Source: Candidatus Auribacterota bacterium (lineage in GTDB: Bacteria > Auribacterota > Ancaeobacteria > Ancaeobacterales > Ancaeobacteraceae). From it: a stretch of DNA of 64,000 bases. The DNA lies in NCBI GenBank assembly GCA_022711655.1, contig JAKLEM010000004.1, positions 8,182 through 72,181 of the forward strand, written 5' to 3'. The stretch's first letter is position 1; each line of letters starts with the position of its first letter. Position numbers and translations under genes: made by a program. Under the pieces are notes generated by a model, which saw nothing but the letters and a program-made list of their open reading frames with translations, did not search any database and had not been told where the DNA came from. Shown here one piece after another: positions 41,631 through 50,043 of this stretch.

Positions 41631-42260
41631 ATGGCAAAGATATCGTACAATAAAAGCTTCCTCCAGAAGCAGCGCGAACAGCTGAAGCTGTACAGGCGGC
41701 TGCTGCCATCTCTCGACCTGAAGCGGCGCCAGCTCACGTTCGAGCTGGTCCGCGCGCAGAAGGAGCTTGCGGAGGTCGGCCAGGCGAAGGAGAAGTACGC
41801 GGCGTCGATCGGTGCCCAGCTGCCGATGCTTGCCCGGACGAAGGTGTCTCTGTCGGGGCTTGTCCGGATCGCCCGGCTCGATATCGGAGAGGAGAACGTT
41901 GTCGGTATCCGCCTGCCGGTGGTGCGCGAGGCCGTCTGCGAGATCGTCGATTATTCGATGTTCGTCAAGCCGCAGTGGGTCGATTTTCTGGTCGTCAGAC
42001 TGAAGGAGATGGTCCAGCTCCATTTCAGGGAGAAGATCGCCAGAGAACGGGTGTCGCTGCTGGAGAAAGGCGTCAAGCACATCACCCAGCGGGTGAACCT
42101 CTTCGACAAGATCCTTATCCCCCAGGCGAAAGAGACGATCTTCCGCATCCAGATCTTCCTGGGCGACGCCGAGCGGTCGGCGGTGGTCCGTGCGAAGCTG
42201 GCCAAGCAGAAACACCGCAAGGAACACGAGCAGGAACAGCAGATGACGGAGAGCGCATGA
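41631..42260 (+). CDS. ntpD: V-type ATPase subunit D
   Basis: 209 aa, coiled-coil; NKSFLQKQREQLKLYRRLLPSLDLKRRQL is typical of subunit D. Confidence 0.85.
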   Translation: MAKISYNKSFLQKQREQLKLYRRLLPSLDLKRRQLTFELVRAQKELAEVGQAKEKYAASIGAQLPMLARTKVSLSGLVRIARLDIGEENVVGIRLPVVREAVCEIVDYSMFVKPQWVDFLVVRLKEMVQLHFREKIARERVSLLEKGVKHITQRVNLFDKILIPQAKETIFRIQIFLGDAERSAVVRAKLAKQKHRKEHEQEQQMTESA

Positions 42261-44047
42261 GCATCGTGCCGCTGATCAAACTGACGGTGTTCGGGTTCGC
42301 GAAGGACAAAGACGCGATCCTCGCCGGGTTGCAGGAACTGGGCTGCGTGCACGTCGAGCCGCTGCAGGCGGGGCAGGGAGGGCGCGGTACTTCGGCGCCG
42401 GCGAAAGAGGCGTACGAGGCGCTCCAGTTCCTCTTGAGCTGCCCGAACCGCCGCAGGCAGGAGCGCCGCGTGACGGGGTTCGACGCCCGCAAGATACAGC
42501 GGGAAGCGCTCGCCCTCAAGGCGAAGATGCAGGACCTCGATTCGCAGCTCGACCGCATCGGCGCGCGGATCGTCGACCTGCGGCCGTGGGGCGAGTTCGC
42601 GCTGTCTCCCCTGGATGAGATGCAGGGACTGCGGCTCTGGTTCTACGTCGTGCCCCTCACGCTGATGCGCGCCGTCGAGGCGCTCCCATACCCCTGGCGC
42701 GCCGTTCACCGCGACCAGACGAACGCGTATGTCGCCGTCGTGTCGCGCGAGGAGCCGCAGGGGATGCCGGTCCTCCGCACGCACGCGGGGACGCTTTCCC
42801 TCTCCGAACTCGAGCAGAAGCAGGCGTCTCTTGAAAACGCAATGGCGGACCTCCAGTCGACGAGGGAGAGCCTGACGCGCTGGTGCGACCTGTTCATGCA
42901 GGCGATGTGGGAGCTGGAGGACCGGGCCGCCGTCGAAGAGATGGGATGCCGCACGCACGACGCAGAAGGGTTGTTCGCGCTGCGGGGATGGGCCGCGCGC
43001 GCAGACGAGGACAAGCTTCGGGAATTCGCCGTTGCGCGCCGGACGGCGGTATTCTTCGAGGAACCGCTTCCCGGCGAAGAGCCGCCGACCATGCTGCGCA
43101 ACCGCGAGCCATTCGCCGCCGGCGAGGACCTGGTGGCGTTCTACATGACGCCCGGCTACCGGCTCTGGGATCCCTCGGCGATCGTCTTCGTCTCGTTCGT
43201 CGTATTCTTCGCGATGATCTTTTCCGACGCGGGGTACGGCCTGATCATGGCCGCGATCGTGCTCTGGAAATGGAACTCATTCGGCGGGAGCCCCTCGGGC
43301 AAGCGCTTCAGGACGCTCTGCGTCGCGCTGTCGGCAGCGACGATCGTATGGGGGGTTCTTGCCGGCGGTTATTTCGGCATACACCTCCGCCCTGACTCGT
43401 TCCTGGCGCAACTGAAGCTCGTTGAGATCGAGGACGACCGTGTTATGATGCCGCTGGTGATCCTGATCGGGGTTGCTCACGTCCTGCTGGCGAACGCCTG
43501 CGACGTGTGGCGCCGCCGCTGGTCGCTGAGCATGCTCTCTCCCGCCGGCTGGATCGCGATGATCTCCGGCGGCGCCTCGTTCTACGTCAGCACGCTGGCC
43601 CCGGCGATCGCGCGGCCGCTGCAGCTTCTGGCATACGCGTTGCTGGGGATCGGGGTTGCATGCATTGTCTTATTCTCCGAGCATGAGGGATCGCTCGTCA
43701 AACGGTTACTCGGCGGCCTGCACGGCCTGACGCGCATCAGCAGCGCGTTCGGGGATATCCTGAGCTACATGCGAATATTCGCTCTCGCGCTGGCGGGCGT
43801 GTCTCTCGCGGTCACGTTCAATAATCTCGGCGCGCAGATCTCGCGCGCCCTGCCGGGGATCGGTATCGCGATCGCGGCGCTGGTCCTCGTCTTCGGTCAC
43901 GTCCTGAACTTCGGGCTTTGCATCATGAGCGGGTTCGTTCACGGGCTGCGCCTCAATTTCATCGAGTTTTTCAACTGGAGCATGTACGAGGAGGGGAAGC
44001 CGTTCAAACCCTTCGCAAAAAAAGGAGGTGTCGTTTGGAACAGGTGA
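42257..44047 (+). CDS. ntpI: V-type ATPase subunit I (a-type membrane subunit)
   Basis: ATGA overlap with subunit D. N-terminus MSIVPLIKLTVFGFAKDKDAILAGLQELGCVHVE; C-terminal multi-TM half with SYMRIFALALAG (conserved Arg region). Confidence 0.85.
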   Translation: MSIVPLIKLTVFGFAKDKDAILAGLQELGCVHVEPLQAGQGGRGTSAPAKEAYEALQFLLSCPNRRRQERRVTGFDARKIQREALALKAKMQDLDSQLDRIGARIVDLRPWGEFALSPLDEMQGLRLWFYVVPLTLMRAVEALPYPWRAVHRDQTNAYVAVVSREEPQGMPVLRTHAGTLSLSELEQKQASLENAMADLQSTRESLTRWCDLFMQAMWELEDRAAVEEMGCRTHDAEGLFALRGWAARADEDKLREFAVARRTAVFFEEPLPGEEPPTMLRNREPFAAGEDLVAFYMTPGYRLWDPSAIVFVSFVVFFAMIFSDAGYGLIMAAIVLWKWNSFGGSPSGKRFRTLCVALSAATIVWGVLAGGYFGIHLRPDSFLAQLKLVEIEDDRVMMPLVILIGVAHVLLANACDVWRRRWSLSMLSPAGWIAMISGGASFYVSTLAPAIARPLQLLAYALLGIGVACIVLFSEHEGSLVKRLLGGLHGLTRISSAFGDILSYMRIFALALAGVSLAVTFNNLGAQISRALPGIGIAIAALVLVFGHVLNFGLCIMSGFVHGLRLNFIEFFNWSMYEEGKPFKPFAKKGGVVWNR

Positions 44048-44484
44048 TGGTCATGTTGGGGTATGTGGGCATATTTTCGCCGCTGGCGCTCTCCGCCGTC
44101 GGCAGCTGTATCGGGTGCATGCGAGCTGGTATGACCGCCTGCGGCGCGATGCTCGACACGGAGAGCGGGTACGGGAAATTCATCGGGCTGTCCGTTCTCC
44201 CGTCGTCCGTCATAATCTACGGTATCGTGATCATGCTGTCGCTGCAAAAGGCGGCGGCGCCGGGGAGCCCTGCTCTCTTCGGTATCGGGTTCCTGTCGGG
44301 GGTGGCGCTGCTGTATGCGGGGGCCACGCAGGGGAGCTGCTGCGCGGCTGCCATCAACGCATCGAAGAGCAAGCCGGAGATATTCGGCATATCGGTCACG
44401 CCCGCGGCGGTCGTGGAAGGATTCGCCGTCTTCGTGTTCGTCTTCGCGCTGATACTCATCGGCTCGATAACGGGAGGGAAATAG
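44047..44484 (+). CDS. ntpK: V-type ATPase proteolipid subunit K
   Basis: 145 aa, four hydrophobic helices, carboxylate in the last helix (AAVVEGFAVF). Its start overlaps the subunit I stop. Confidence 0.85.
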   Translation: MVMLGYVGIFSPLALSAVGSCIGCMRAGMTACGAMLDTESGYGKFIGLSVLPSSVIIYGIVIMLSLQKAAAPGSPALFGIGFLSGVALLYAGATQGSCCAAAINASKSKPEIFGISVTPAAVVEGFAVFVFVFALILIGSITGGK

Positions 44485-44485
44485 C

Positions 44486-45160
44486 ATGTCAGAATCCGCA
44501 AAAGTCTCCGCGGGCGTTGAGGAGCTCATCAGGCAGATACGCGACGAGGGGGTCCAGGCGACGCGGCAGGAAGCAGACAAGATATTGAAAGACGCGCGCG
44601 ACCAGGCGGCCCGCATGCTCGACGGCGCGCGCAGGGAAGTGCAGGAGCTCAAGGCCAGGTCTCATGAGGAGATACAGAACGAAAAGGCCGCCTCGGAAGA
44701 GGCGCTGAAGCTCGCCGCGCGCGACTCGATCCTGCGGCTCGGCAACGAGGTCAGGGCGACGTTCGAAGCATATGTGAAACGGCTCGTTGCCGAGAAGCTG
44801 AGCGAGGAGGATGTGCTGAAGGAGGTCATCCTCGCCCTAGCGCGCAAGGCCGGCGCGATGCTGCCGGCGGATAACGAGATCGTGCTGCTTCTCGCAGGCG
44901 ACCCCGCGGTGGCGGGGAAGAAGACTGCCGACGCGGCCGAGCAGAAGTTCCGCCAACTGGTGCTGAAGACGGCGGGGGGGATGCTGCGGGAAGGGATCGA
45001 CCTTAAAACGGTCGGCGAGAAGTTCGCCGGCGTCAAGATTCAGCTCAAGGGTCAGAACATCCAGGTCGACCTGACCGACCAGGCGATCGCCGACCTGCTG
45101 GTGCGCCACCTTGTGCCGCGTTTCAGGAAGATCATGACGGGGCAGCACACGATCGTCTAG
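44486..45160 (+). CDS. ntpE: V-type ATPase subunit E (peripheral stalk)
   Basis: 224 aa; charged coiled-coil N-terminus EELIRQIRDEGVQATRQEADKILKDARDQAARML; position within the operon. Confidence 0.7.
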   Translation: MSESAKVSAGVEELIRQIRDEGVQATRQEADKILKDARDQAARMLDGARREVQELKARSHEEIQNEKAASEEALKLAARDSILRLGNEVRATFEAYVKRLVAEKLSEEDVLKEVILALARKAGAMLPADNEIVLLLAGDPAVAGKKTADAAEQKFRQLVLKTAGGMLREGIDLKTVGEKFAGVKIQLKGQNIQVDLTDQAIADLLVRHLVPRFRKIMTGQHTIV

Positions 45161-45175
45161 ACGGAGAGGGGACAC

Positions 45176-45859
45176 ATGGGCGTGAATCTAAACGATTACT
45201 ATGCGCTCATCGGCAGCCTGCCGCACCTGCCGCGGTTCGATCAGGCGACGCGGCTGCCGATCACGCAGGAGCGGCTCTCCGAGCGGCTGAAGATGCTGGA
45301 GCCGGGCGATGCGTACATCCTGTCGCGGATCGAGTCGTTCCTGTTCTGGAAACGCCAGGTCGTCAGGGAGTCGGAAAAAGAGCTCGGCCGCCAGTTCAAC
45401 AGCCTCATGGAGCTGCCGATGCCGGACGAGCTCAAGGAGTTCATCCGGACCGTCATGACGCAGCGCGTGGTGATGGTGCAGCTGCGGCGCCGACAGCGCG
45501 GCCTCCCGCCGCCGGTGCCGGGCGCGGCATGGGGTTTCGGGCACCTTTTGCGGCACATCGAGAAATACTGGGCCGAGCCGGACTTCAAGCTCGCGTATCC
45601 CTTCATCCCGCGCGCGCGGGAGCTGCTCGCCGCGGGCGACGCGCCTGAGCTGGACAAGCACGGCGGCCTCTACGGGATGCGGCTGGTGGATACCCTGGTG
45701 TTCGAGAAGGAATATACGTTTATCGGCGTTGTCGGGTATGTATTCAGGTGGAACATGGTGGCCTACTGGCTGTCGTTCGACAGAGAGATGGCGCAAAAGC
45801 GGTTCGAAGAACTCGTCGCGGAGGTGTGCAGTGAATTCGAAAAACGGTCAGAGCAATAA
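45176..45859 (+). CDS. DUF2764-like protein (putative C/d-subunit substitute of Bacteroidetes/Chlamydia-type V-ATPases)
   Basis: 227 aa. N-terminus NDYYALIGSLPHLPRF resembles the DUF2764 start as I recall it. Located between E and A, as in that operon type. Confidence 0.5.
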   Translation: MGVNLNDYYALIGSLPHLPRFDQATRLPITQERLSERLKMLEPGDAYILSRIESFLFWKRQVVRESEKELGRQFNSLMELPMPDELKEFIRTVMTQRVVMVQLRRRQRGLPPPVPGAAWGFGHLLRHIEKYWAEPDFKLAYPFIPRARELLAAGDAPELDKHGGLYGMRLVDTLVFEKEYTFIGVVGYVFRWNMVAYWLSFDREMAQKRFEELVAEVCSEFEKRSEQ

Positions 45860-47675
45860 CGTGCAACGGCAGTCGTCCGCCGCCCGCGCACGGATCGTCG
45901 GTGTGCGTGACAACATCGTTCAGGTCGAGGTCGTCGAGGGCTCGATCAAGAAGAACGAGGTCGGCTATGTATGCGTCGGCGAGGAGCGCCTGCGTGCCGA
46001 GGTGCTGCGGATACGCGGCAAAAAAGCAGACATGCAGGTCTTCGAGGACACCACCGGCGTGCGCATCGGTGATACGGTCGAGATGACCGGATACATGCTT
46101 TCCGTGGAACTCGGGCCCGGCCTGTTGGGCCAGGTGTTCGATGGCCTGCAGAACCCGCTGACCGTCTTCGCGAAGAATTACGGTTTTTTCCTGCCGCGCG
46201 GCCGCGATATCCGGGCGCTCGACGCGTCGCTAAAGTGGCAGGTTACCCCCGCGGTCGCGGCCGGCGCGAAGCTCAAGCCGGGCGGAGTGATCGCCAGCGT
46301 CCAGGAAGGGCGGTTCGCGCACAAGATCATGGTCCCTTTCGACATCAAGGAGCCGGTCACGGTGACCGAGGTGCAGGAGGGGCCGGCGACGATCGACGGG
46401 CAGATCGCCCGCATCCGGCTCGCCGACGGCACCGAGCGGGATGTCACGCTCACGATGAAGTGGCCTGTTCGCCGGTCGATCCCCGCGTCGCTGCTCAAGG
46501 GCGGTTACGCCGAGCGGCTGTACCCTGACGAGCCTCTGACGACGACGATCAGGATCATCGACGCTTTCTTCCCTATCGCGCGCGGCGGCACCGCCTGTAT
46601 CCCGGGGCCGTTCGGCGCCGGCAAGACGGTCCTCCAGAGCCTCATGGCGCGCTATTCGACCGTCGATATCGTCATCATCATCGCCTGCGGCGAGCGCGCA
46701 GGCGAGGTGGTCGAGACGATCACCGAATATCCCGAGATGAAGGACCCGAAGACGGGCGGTTCGCTGATGGACCGCACCGTCATCATCTGCAATACCTCAT
46801 CGATGCCGGTCGCGGCGCGCGAGTCGTCGCTCTACACAGGCATCACGCTCGGCGAGTATTACCGCCAGATGGGATACAACGTCCTGGTGATCGCCGATTC
46901 GACGTCACGATGGGCTCAGGCGATGCGCGAGACCTCGGGGCGCATGGAAGAGATCCCCGGCGAGGAGGCCTTCCCCGCCTATCTCGATTCGTCGATAAAG
47001 AACATCTACGAGCGGGCCGGTGTGATCCGGACCGCGGACGGCGCCGTGGGGAGCCTCACGATGGTGGGGACCGTATCGCCGGCCGGCGGCAACTTCGAAG
47101 AGCCGGTGACGCAGGCGACGCTCGCGACGGTCAAGACCTTTCTCGGCCTGTCGTACGACCGCGCCTACCGGCGCTTCTACCCGGCGATCAACCCGCTTAT
47201 TTCGTGGTCGCGCTACCTCCAGCAGCTCGAGCCGTGGTTTACGAAGAACCTCGGCGCGACGTGGGTGCAGGACGTCCGGGAGATGAACGAGCTCCTCGTC
47301 GAGGCCGACAACATCAACCAGCTGATGCAGGTGACCGGCGAGGAGGGGATCACGATCGGCGATTACCTGACGCTGCATAAGGCGACGCTTGTCGACATGG
47401 CCTATCTCCAGCAGGATGCCTACGACCCTGTGGACGTGTCGGTCTCGCGCGAGCGGCAGCTCGAGAGTTTCGCGTTCCTGAAGGAGATCATCCATCACGA
47501 GTACACGTTCCATACAAAAGACGAGGTGCGCGAGTTCTTCACGCGCGTCACGGGGCTATACAAGAACCTGAACTACAGCCCGCTGAAGTCGCCCGATTAC
47601 GCGAAATACAAGAAGGAGATCGAGGAGCTGATGAGGTCGTTTACCGTCAGGGGGGCGAAGGCCGCCGCGAAATAG
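45831..47675 (+). CDS. ntpA: V-type ATPase catalytic subunit A
   Basis: Walker A GPFGAGKTV; ADSTSRWAQAMRE. There is no in-frame ATG. GTG 45831 lies 6 nt after GGAGG; GTG 45861 is the alternative. Confidence 0.9.
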   Translation: MNSKNGQSNNVQRQSSAARARIVGVRDNIVQVEVVEGSIKKNEVGYVCVGEERLRAEVLRIRGKKADMQVFEDTTGVRIGDTVEMTGYMLSVELGPGLLGQVFDGLQNPLTVFAKNYGFFLPRGRDIRALDASLKWQVTPAVAAGAKLKPGGVIASVQEGRFAHKIMVPFDIKEPVTVTEVQEGPATIDGQIARIRLADGTERDVTLTMKWPVRRSIPASLLKGGYAERLYPDEPLTTTIRIIDAFFPIARGGTACIPGPFGAGKTVLQSLMARYSTVDIVIIIACGERAGEVVETITEYPEMKDPKTGGSLMDRTVIICNTSSMPVAARESSLYTGITLGEYYRQMGYNVLVIADSTSRWAQAMRETSGRMEEIPGEEAFPAYLDSSIKNIYERAGVIRTADGAVGSLTMVGTVSPAGGNFEEPVTQATLATVKTFLGLSYDRAYRRFYPAINPLISWSRYLQQLEPWFTKNLGATWVQDVREMNELLVEADNINQLMQVTGEEGITIGDYLTLHKATLVDMAYLQQDAYDPVDVSVSRERQLESFAFLKEIIHHEYTFHTKDEVREFFTRVTGLYKNLNYSPLKSPDYAKYKKEIEELMRSFTVRGAKAAAK

Positions 47676-47738
47676 GCGTCTGAACCGCGGGTATCCATTC
47701 TCAGTTGAACTTAATTGACGACACGAAAAGGAGGTAAT

Positions 47739-49916
47739 ATGGGAAAACAGGGATTACTGGTGCGCTCATGTGCCGGTTTGCTAACAATCGTATATCTATT
47801 TGTCACTGCCGTTGCCGCGTATGCGGCAGCGCCCGAATGGCCCCGGCAGATCGCCGCGCAAGGGGCGCAGGTCATCGTCTATCAGCCGCAGCCCGAGTCG
47901 CTGAAAGGCGATCTCCTGACCGCGCGCGCAGCTGTGTCGGTGACGCAGGACGGCCAGGCAGAAGCCGTTTTCGGTACCGTGTGGTTCAACGCGCACCTGA
48001 CCACCGACCGCGATGCGCGGACCGTCACGATCGTCGAGCTTGAGGTCCCCAAGGTGAAATTCCCCAACGCGACGCCGGATCAGGAACAGAAGCTTGCAGA
48101 TATCTTGAAGAACAGCCTGTCGCAGGGGGAAATGACGATATCGCTCGACCGCCTCATGAGCAGTCTTGATGCAGCTCAGAAGGAGGAGGCCGCCGCGGCG
48201 CAGCTCAGGAACGACCCCCCGCAGATCATCTTCGCGAAAGTCCCGTCCGCCCTCGTCTCTGTCGACGGGGCGCCGAAGCTCCAGCCGGTGAAGAATTCGA
48301 AGATGATGCGCGTCATGAACACGCCCTTTACCATCATCCTTGACCCGGAGGCGAAGAAGTATTATCTCAAGGGCGGCGACAACTGGTATTCGGCCGCCGA
48401 GATGAAAGGGCCGTGGACGACGGAAGGAAATACGCCGAAGGCGGTCATCGACGCGGCTCCGGCCGGCGCCGGCGCGCAGGATGTGACGGCAGAAGAGCTT
48501 ACGGCGGAAAAACCGCTGAACATCATCGTCTCGACGCAGCCGGCGGAATTGATCGTCTCCGACGGCGATCCGCAGTATACGCCGGTCGACAACACGAACC
48601 TCCTCTTCATGAGCAACACCAAGAGCGACGTCTTCATGAGCATCGATTCCCAGCAGTATTATCTCCTCCTGTCGGGCCGCTGGTACACGAGCGCGGCGCT
48701 GTCCGGCCCCTGGGCGTTCGTTCCCGCGAACGGGCTGCCGGCCGATTTCGCGAACATCCCCGAAGGCTCGCCGAAGAGCGGGGTGCTCCCGTTCGTGGCC
48801 GGCACGACGCAGGCGAAAGAGGCGGTGCTCGACGCGAGCGTCCCGCAGACCGCGACGGTCAAGCGGACGGCTGGAAAAGACCTGAAGGTGACCTACGACG
48901 GCTCCCCGAAGTTCAAGGACGTGGACGGGGTGAGGGCAAGCTATGCGGTCAACACGGCCAGCGCCGTCCTGAAGATCGACGGAAAATATTACTGCTGTGA
49001 AAAAGCGGTATGGTATGAAGCGGCGGACCCGATGGGGCCGTGGACTGTCTGCGTCAAGGTGCCGAAAACGGTCTATGAGCTGCCGCCGAGCTGTCCGATA
49101 TATAACGTGAAGTACGTGTATGTCTACGATTCAACGCCTGACGTCGTTTATGTGGGTTATCTCCCCGGTTACGTCGGCTCGTATGTGTCCGGCGGCACGG
49201 TCGTCTACGGGACCGGTTACGTGTATGAGCCGTGGTGCGATACCGTCTATGTCCCGTATCCGGTGACGTACGGCTATAGCGTCGCGTACGACCCGGTCGC
49301 CTGCGCGTGGGGGGTCGGCCTGGGTTTCTGCGCAGGGTTCGCGATCGGGGCGTGGTGCGGCGGCGGTTGGGGATGGGGCGGCTGGGGCCCGCACGGATGG
49401 AACGGCAGCTATACAAAAAATGTTACCAATAACATCTATAACCACAGCAACAACAATAACGGGAACAACTACAATAATCGGCATGATCACAACAACAATA
49501 ATAATAACCACGGCGGCAACCATGGCGGGCACGGCGGCGGGCCGCATGGCGGGCCTATGCCCGGCCCCGATGGCATCCAGCGCGGCGACAGGGGAGACAG
49601 GCCTGCCGGCGATCTGAAGAACAATGTGTTTGCCGATAAGGACGGCAATGTCTTCAAACGCGACGGTGAAGGGTTGCAGAAATTCGATAAAAACGGCTGG
49701 TCGAACCATGTGCGCAATGCGGATGATGCGCAGAGATCAGGCTGGCAGCGCCATGATTTCGACGGGGCGCAGCGCGAAGGGTTCAACCGCGACCGCGGCG
49801 ATTTCAGGTCCGACCGGTTCCAGAACGCGAACAGGGGCGGATTCGACAGGGGGAACTTCAATAGAGGCAATTTCGGCGGATTCCATGGCGGCGGCGGACG
49901 TGGCGGACGGAGATAA
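47739..49916 (+). CDS. Secreted protein with W-x-GPW repeats and an Asn/His/Gly/Arg-rich low-complexity tail
   Basis: AGGAGG RBS; signal peptide ending AAYA-AAP. Repeats WYSAAEMKGPWT, WYTSAALSGPWAFV, WYEAADPMGPWTV. Tail NHSNNNNGNNYNNRHDHNNNNNNHGGNHGGHGGGPHGG ... GGGGRGGRR. Confidence 0.7.
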   Translation: MGKQGLLVRSCAGLLTIVYLFVTAVAAYAAAPEWPRQIAAQGAQVIVYQPQPESLKGDLLTARAAVSVTQDGQAEAVFGTVWFNAHLTTDRDARTVTIVELEVPKVKFPNATPDQEQKLADILKNSLSQGEMTISLDRLMSSLDAAQKEEAAAAQLRNDPPQIIFAKVPSALVSVDGAPKLQPVKNSKMMRVMNTPFTIILDPEAKKYYLKGGDNWYSAAEMKGPWTTEGNTPKAVIDAAPAGAGAQDVTAEELTAEKPLNIIVSTQPAELIVSDGDPQYTPVDNTNLLFMSNTKSDVFMSIDSQQYYLLLSGRWYTSAALSGPWAFVPANGLPADFANIPEGSPKSGVLPFVAGTTQAKEAVLDASVPQTATVKRTAGKDLKVTYDGSPKFKDVDGVRASYAVNTASAVLKIDGKYYCCEKAVWYEAADPMGPWTVCVKVPKTVYELPPSCPIYNVKYVYVYDSTPDVVYVGYLPGYVGSYVSGGTVVYGTGYVYEPWCDTVYVPYPVTYGYSVAYDPVACAWGVGLGFCAGFAIGAWCGGGWGWGGWGPHGWNGSYTKNVTNNIYNHSNNNNGNNYNNRHDHNNNNNNHGGNHGGHGGGPHGGPMPGPDGIQRGDRGDRPAGDLKNNVFADKDGNVFKRDGEGLQKFDKNGWSNHVRNADDAQRSGWQRHDFDGAQREGFNRDRGDFRSDRFQNANRGGFDRGNFNRGNFGGFHGGGGRGGRR

Positions 49917-50043
49917 GGCTGAAGCCTGTTTTGTTCGGTGGTAATTGATTATCCCGGTACAGATGATATAACGATGCGGTTGCTTGGATGAAACCGTCGT
50001 GCCGGTTGCGGCGTCTGTACTGTGCGTACAAGGAGAGGGTATC

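Noticed and set aside
41975-44047. 5-prime-extended ORF calls for V-ATPase I (41975), K (43918) and A (45729), the lipoprotein (53457), GT9 paralog 5 (21056) and the TPR membrane protein (23091).
   Set aside because: The extensions overlap the preceding genes in other frames and are compositionally biased. Internal starts coincide with stop/start overlaps or RBS motifs and with the conserved N-termini.
49420-49520. The AAC/AAT-rich run as a microsatellite or assembly artefact.
   Set aside because: It stays in frame within a long ORF and is flanked by other low-complexity coding sequence (His/Gly, then RGG). It is kept as part of the CDS but flagged for read-level verification.
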